Assembly (NCBI GenBank): GCA_963700285.1
Contig: CAVOXA010000014.1
Location: 384,001 to 448,000 of the forward strand
Reading direction: 5' to 3'
Source of the DNA: an uncultured Chloroflexia bacterium
Lineage (GTDB): Bacteria; Chloroflexota; Anaerolineae; JAAYZQ01
Length of the DNA: 64,000 nucleotides
The notes below the pieces were generated by a model, which was not told the origin of the DNA, ran no database searches, and worked only from the letters and a program-made list of their open reading frames with translations. Both the position numbers and the translations under genes were made by a program. Positions 58,960 through 64,000 of this stretch are shown one piece after another. Positions within the stretch are counted from its first letter, which is position 1. Each line of letters opens with the position of its first letter.

Positions 58960-60404
58960 CTATTCTTCCATCTCTGGCGACGACAACAACGGCAACAGAT
59001 GCCGCTGAAAGTGCGCGTCGAGCAGTGCATAGTGGATTTCCTCGTTCTCCTGCAGCGTGGCCAGCAGGCGGCCGCCAAACAGGTCCAGCGCCGAGCCAAA
59101 GGTTACGTGCAACACCTCCCTAGCGTCAAACTGGTCGAGCAGACCAGGAAGGTCAGCATCTAGCAGCATCTCTGGTCGAGGAACTCTGCTGAGCTGGGCG
59201 GAGACGTGGTACGTGGCGCGATCCTGGGGATAGCGCTCGATGGCGCAGGCCAGGATCTCGCAAAAGAGCTCAGGTTCCACTTCCGCTACCGCTCGGAGTT
59301 CCTCCAGGTAGCTGGTTCCCGCTGTCTTGAGGTGCACGAGTTCACGCGCATGGCGGGCGAAAACCGGGTAGATGCTGAACTTGTCGGAGCCGGAATGGAT
59401 GCTGAGCTTGTAGGGCCCCAGGGCCCGGGCGACGGCAGCATGTTTGGCCAATTCGACACCAAATGCGTCCAGGTCGCCGATATAGTCCACACCCTTTTCA
59501 AAGCGGCCGATGTAGCGTGGGGCCAGGCTCACCCACTGGACTCCTAGCCGTCTGAGTTCGCTGGCAATGTAGTAGTGCTCTTCAATCGAGGTAGGCGTAT
59601 CGGTTTCGTCGACCGACATCTCCAGCTCAAAGACGGTCAGTCCTGGCGGCCAGGTGGCTGGTACATGCGGACGGTGTGAGCGATGGCCCGACCATACTTG
59701 GCCGCCGCTCGGGCCAGCGCCGTTTCGTCAAAGGCCAGGATGAGATCCTCCACCTCAAAGCGAAGGACCCAGATAGCGCTCGTGCAGCCCTGATGGAGAG
59801 TCAGACAACGTATCCCAGGGCAAGGCTTGGAGCTTGTCTTCGAGGATCTCCAGGGCGCGGTGTGGGCCTCGTTGTCCACATGGTCCCCAGGGTCAACGGT
59901 GATAGAAGGTATAGCCAGCCGCCACGCAGAGGTCGATGTCTCCGGTCGTCTTGAGATGGTCAGCGTCCGCCCCCCATGGCTCACGCCAGCCCTCCTGAAA
60001 GATGCCCCACATCGCGTCGTCCACCACTTCCTGGGGGTGCGGCCGGTGCGGGCGTTTTCACGCATCGACTGCTGGGCCAGGATGGGGGCAAAGCCGCCGA
60101 CCTGGCGGACGGCACGGATGTGCCCCGGCGTTGCCAGCCCGAGCCGGTCGCCACAGCCGGCCGAGGTTTGAGACCCAAGGGCTGGGGCCGCAGCCAGGGC
60201 AGCCGCTTCCGCAGCGCAGCCGCGTTGGCGCCGTCAGGGGGACAGAGCGATGACAGTCGCCCTGTCGCTGCCCCTCAAACCCGAACGCGTCGCCCAGGAT
60301 ACCCAGACCTTCCCTCCTGGGCCGTTGGCCCAGAAGTAGGTCGTCCGTCCAGTCGGTCACGGACCTCGGATACCAGTGAAGCCAGGTATTGCCTCGAATG
60401 TCAT
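58960..60404 (-). pseudogene. uxaE: Tagaturonate/fructuronate epimerase, frameshifted as read
   Basis: AQQSMREN.RTGRTP, SVDETDTPT, SLAPRYIG.FEKGVDYIGD, KLSIHSGSDKF, HLKTAGTSYLE, LHVTFG. Start is approximate. Confidence 0.85.
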
Positions 60405-60474
60405 CAGATTGCCCTCGGAGTAGATGTTCTCCTGTACAAACGTCAACGCTTCCAGGAAACTCCGTCCATCGCCT

Positions 60475-61933
60475 TCACTCCCGACCATCGTCATCCATCC
60501 GAATTTGTACGCCCGCTTGGCCAGCCGATAGGCCACGTCCAGCGCCATCTCGTGGGCATCTTCCATGTCGACGATGCCCGCGCACCACCAGCCCGGCGAT
60601 CCAGTTGCTGGCAACGCGCCGCCAGACGTCGTGGCGGGCCGGAATGGAGGGGAAGGCACGCGTGTCGTCGTTAAAGCCCGGCGGTGTTGTACAGCCCGGC
60701 CGTCTCGATGACCCGCTCAAAGTAGCGCACCATGCCGTTGATGCTGTCGTGGAACCACCAGGGGGGGCCCAGCTTGACCGCCGGATAGTGCCCCGCGAGC
60801 GGCGCCAACTCGCGCGAATAGGTGGTTTCGTCCAGAGTAAAGAGGATGAGGGTCAGGCGGCTGTCGTTGCCGATACTTGTTCAGCAACGGCCGCAGGTTG
60901 CTCGTGAATTCGCTGCGGACTGCGGAATGTCACCGCCCATGTCGCGCTCCAAAACGGTCGAAATACGAGCTGGTTGTGGTTGCGGAACGGAGCCGACGTG
61001 GAACTGCATCACCAGGCCATCCTCGATGCTCATCCGCGCGCTCTCCATGAGCATGTGCCCGGTGAAGCGGTGAGCATCCTCGGCCGTGGCCTGGCCTCGC
61101 AAGAGCTCGTTGAAAGATGGCCTCCGCTTCGAGAGAGAGCTCAGCTCTGCCGTATACGCCGATTCGGCAGACTGGTCGGTGGCCGTCGCCCCCAGCGACT
61201 TGAAGAAGGCGCGCCTGTCCTCCAGGACCTGGATAAAGCTTGCGTAGGAGCTGACAGAGCGACCCGCTGACCTGACTCAGTGCGTCGATGTTGCTGCGCC
61301 AACCGGTGCGCAACAGGTTGACCACAGCATCGGGGCGAAACGTGGGCCGGATGTCCGCCTGCCAGCCAGAGGCCCGTATGCTCCTGGTGATGCTGCAACG
61401 TGTCAATGGCAGCATCGGTCGTGCACAAGCACCTCGATCTTGAAGCGCTCAAAGAGGGCGCGGGGACGGTACTCAGGCGTGGCCAGCTTGGCCTCAAGCT
61501 GGTCATAGATGCCCTGGGCGGTTGCCCCCGTCAGCTTCTCCTCGATGCCAAAGACATCGTTGAGTTCGCTGGCCAACCAGACGCCGGTGGGCGTGCCGCG
61601 AAAGAGGTAAAAGTGGTCGGCGAAGGTCTGCCATATCCGGCGGTGATCTTGCTCGACAGGACCCCCATCCCTGCGTGGGATGCCGAGCGACTCCAGCGGG
61701 ATGCCCTGGGAATAGAGCATGCGGAAGACATAGTGATCGGGGATGATGAGAAGGTCGGCTGGGGTGCCAAAAAGAGCATCCTCGTCGGCGAGAAGCCGGG
61801 GATCGACATGACCGTGGGGGCAGATGAGGGGCAGATCGGCCACAGAATCGTAGAGTTCGCGTGCGATTCGCCTCTGCGCCGGATCCGAATCAAAGTATCG
61901 GTCTTCCAACAAGTGCCACTTGTGCTCGGTCAT
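60475..61933 (-). pseudogene. uxaC: Uronate (glucuronate) isomerase, frameshifted as read
   Basis: LICPHGHVDP, PDHYVFRMLYSQG, TTD, PTFRPD, MQFHVG, GPPWWF.D, GFNDDTRAF.SIPARHD. End is approximate. Confidence 0.9.
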
Positions 61934-62095
61934 TCGTCACTTTTCCTCACTGGTGGGCTAACGAACAGGCAGCCAGTGCCTCAGTGGCAGCATGGTACAC
62001 CAAATCAGAAACTGTGACAAGTTCTATCGCCGTCAAGTGTGTCACTCCAACATGAACATGGTCCGCACCGGAGGCAAAGCGGGCCCTCGGTCCTG

Positions 62096-63097
62096 CTATG
62101 GCGCGCTGGCACGAAGAACTAGTTTCGGGTGCAGCACAATGACCTCACACTCCTGGCGGCAACCGGTTATCCGATCCAGAAGCATTCGTGCGGCCTGCGT
62201 ACCCAACTCGCGCCGGGGAACACGACTAGTGGTCAGCGCGGGCGAAACCAGCGCGGCCAGGGATATGTCATCAGAACCGACGATGGCCACATCATTAGGC
62301 ACGCGATAACCCAACTCAGAACAAGCTTGCAGAGCTCCGATGGCGACCAGGTCATTGTAGCAAAGGAGCGCCGTTGGCCCCGAGCCATCGACGAGGAGTA
62401 GATGGGCCGTTTTCCGGCCACCTTCTATCTCTGAGGAGCAGTTCTGTACCCAAGCCGGGTTGAAGGCAATGCCGGCTGCATCAAGGGCAACGCGGTAACC
62501 TCTGGATCGTTGGCGGCCACTGTAAGAGGCTCGAGGCCCGGCGAGAAAGCCTATGGCACGGTGCCCCGCTTCCAGCAGCAACTCAGTTGCGGTACGGGTA
62601 CCAGCCGCATCATCGATCAGGACGGCGCCGACGTCACAGCCTTCCAGCCGCCGGTTGACCAAAACTCCTGCGGAGTGAGACTCTAGCGCATCACGCAGTT
62701 CGGCGTCGTCAAGGCGAGAGCTGCACAACACCAATCCATCTACGCGCTTTTCTTCCAAAGAGGCCAACGCAGACCGCTCACGCTGGGGGTTCTGATCGGT
62801 GTTGCAAAGAAAGACGTTGTAGCCCTGGGCATAGGCCCAGTCTTCGGCGCCGCGGGCTATGTCAGAGAAGAAGGGGTTGGCGATATCAGGTACAACGAGG
62901 CCCAGGGTTCCTGTCCGCTGAGTGGCCAGGCCACGGGCTATACCGCTGGGCCGGTAGCTCAACCGGTCGATGACAGCCAGGACACGCTGACGGGTAGCCG
63001 GGCTGATCTCGTCCTTGTTGTTGACTACCCGTGAGACCGTCATTGATGAGACCCCCGCTTCAAGGGCCACGTCCGACATGGTGACACGATCAGGCAT
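62096..63097 (-). CDS. LacI-family transcriptional regulator
   Basis: TMSDVALEAGVSSMTVSRVVN HTH, PDIANPFF, CYNDLVAIGA, P.LTT. Confidence 0.95.
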   Translation of the reverse strand: MPDRVTMSDVALEAGVSSMTVSRVVNNKDEISPATRQRVLAVIDRLSYRPSGIARGLATQRTGTLGLVVPDIANPFFSDIARGAEDWAYAQGYNVFLCNTDQNPQRERSALASLEEKRVDGLVLCSSRLDDAELRDALESHSAGVLVNRRLEGCDVGAVLIDDAAGTRTATELLLEAGHRAIGFLAGPRASYSGRQRSRGYRVALDAAGIAFNPAWVQNCSSEIEGGRKTAHLLLVDGSGPTALLCYNDLVAIGALQACSELGYRVPNDVAIVGSDDISLAALVSPALTTSRVPRRELGTQAARMLLDRITGCRQECEVIVLHPKLVLRASAP

Positions 63098-63128
63098 TCT
63101 AGAACCTTCCATGGGCGCAGAAACTGTC

Positions 63129-63185
63129 TGTTAGCGCTCACGTTAGCGCTAACAGCATGATAACACGACTGTTGGTGTTTGTCAA
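63129..63185 (-). promoter_or_regulatory. sigma70 promoter with tandem LacI-type operators
   Basis: Minus strand TTGACA-N17-TATCAT (63185-63157), immediately followed by two GTTAGCGCT(A/C)AC palindromes (63129-63154). Confidence 0.8.
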
Positions 63186-63251
63186 AAAGGCCATGAAAGA
63201 AAGAGAAGCACCCAGGAGCCAACCCTGAGCTCCCGTGCTCGTGCCGGAGGC

Positions 63252-64000
63252 TTAGACTTGAGGCATTTCGATCACAAAGAGGCTGCCCTCGGCGGGTTCG
63301 CTCTCGACACGAACCCGCCCGCCGTGGGCCAGGACGATGCTCTGTACAATGGGCAGCCCCAGGCCGCTGCCATCCCTCCGACTGTTCCAGCCCCGGTAGA
63401 AGCGTTCAAAGATATGAGGCAGATCGTCCGGGTCGATACCCGAGCCGCTGTCGCGCACCCAGAACTGCACCTTCTTCCCCACCTGCCGAGCACCCAAAGC
63501 CACCTGCCCGCCCTCCGGAGTGAACTTGAGGGCATTGTCGAGCAGGTTCGACAGTGCCAGCTCCATCCGCGCCTGGTCACAGCGAATCTTGAGAGGGTCC
63601 GCGGGGGACCGCACCACCAGGCTGATCCCGCGTTCCTGGGCCAGAGTCCTGAAGCTACTTGCCACGGCGGCCAGCAGTTCCCCGCCATCGCGGTCGGTAC
63701 GATCCAACTCGACCAGTCCCGCATCCAGACGAGAAAGATCCAACAAATTGCCCGTCACCCATTCCAGCCGGTTGATCTGGATCTGGCTTTCTTTCAGAAA
63801 CTCGGCCCGGGCAGCGGGATCGTCGGCAGCAGCATCCTGCATCAACTCGTTAAAGCTCTTGAGCGCTGTGATCGGGGTTCGTAGCTCGTGGGATGCATCA
63901 GCGATGAAGCGATGAAGGGTATCGCGTTCAGCGGCAAGATCGTTGAAGCTGACCTCCAGGCGCTCCGCCATCTGGTTGAACTGACCAGCCAAGTCACCAA
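63252..64000 (-). CDS. Two-component sensor histidine kinase, C-terminal part
   Basis: HAMP end (FNQMA), ASHELRTP H-box, NLLDNALKF N-box, DSGSGI, GSGLGL; 5' end lies outside the window. Confidence 0.93.
   Translation of the reverse strand, partial: GDLAGQFNQMAERLEVSFNDLAAERDTLHRFIADASHELRTPITALKSFNELMQDAAADDPAARAEFLKESQIQINRLEWVTGNLLDLSRLDAGLVELDRTDRDGGELLAAVASSFRTLAQERGISLVVRSPADPLKIRCDQARMELALSNLLDNALKFTPEGGQVALGARQVGKKVQFWVRDSGSGIDPDDLPHIFERFYRGWNSRRDGSGLGLPIVQSIVLAHGGRVRVESEPAEGSLFVIEMPQV

Overview
High-GC bacterial DNA. An Anaerolineae/Chloroflexota-like anaerobe is my inference, based on a Tat lipoprotein with a Pro/Ala-rich linker and the gene content; it is not proven. Bases 1-46.9 kb are almost entirely co-directional on the minus strand. 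They hold a very large corrinoid-dependent demethylation island: 11 non-pyrrolysine MttB-superfamily methyltransferases, 2 cognate corrinoid proteins and a stand-alone homocysteine methyltransferase. The island also carries a membrane-anchored reductive-dehalogenase-like B12/Fe-S protein, a peptide-family ABC importer and many amino-acid-modifying enzymes (two Asp/Glu-racemase-family proteins, proline racemase, ornithine cyclodeaminase family, methylaspartate ammonia-lyase, Kce/BKACE, PLP lyases, aminotransferases, MmgE/PrpD). It starts at a perfect sigma70 promoter followed by a ~300-nt structured leader that ends in an intrinsic terminator, a candidate unclassified riboswitch or attenuator. 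A divergent pair follows: a ferredoxin-NADP reductase and an HPPD/VOC-like unknown. The right end (50-63 kb) is a LacI-associated hexuronate locus with uxaC, uxaE, two SDRs, a LarA-family epimerase, gnd, PPi-PFK, and a glucuronokinase-like kinase plus a nucleotidyltransferase. No uxuA, kdgK or eda is present in the window. Three blocks (about 18.3-20.7, 29-39.5 and 57-61.5 kb) have many single-base frameshifts that look like sequencing errors. I saw no rRNA, tRNA, CRISPR or transposase.
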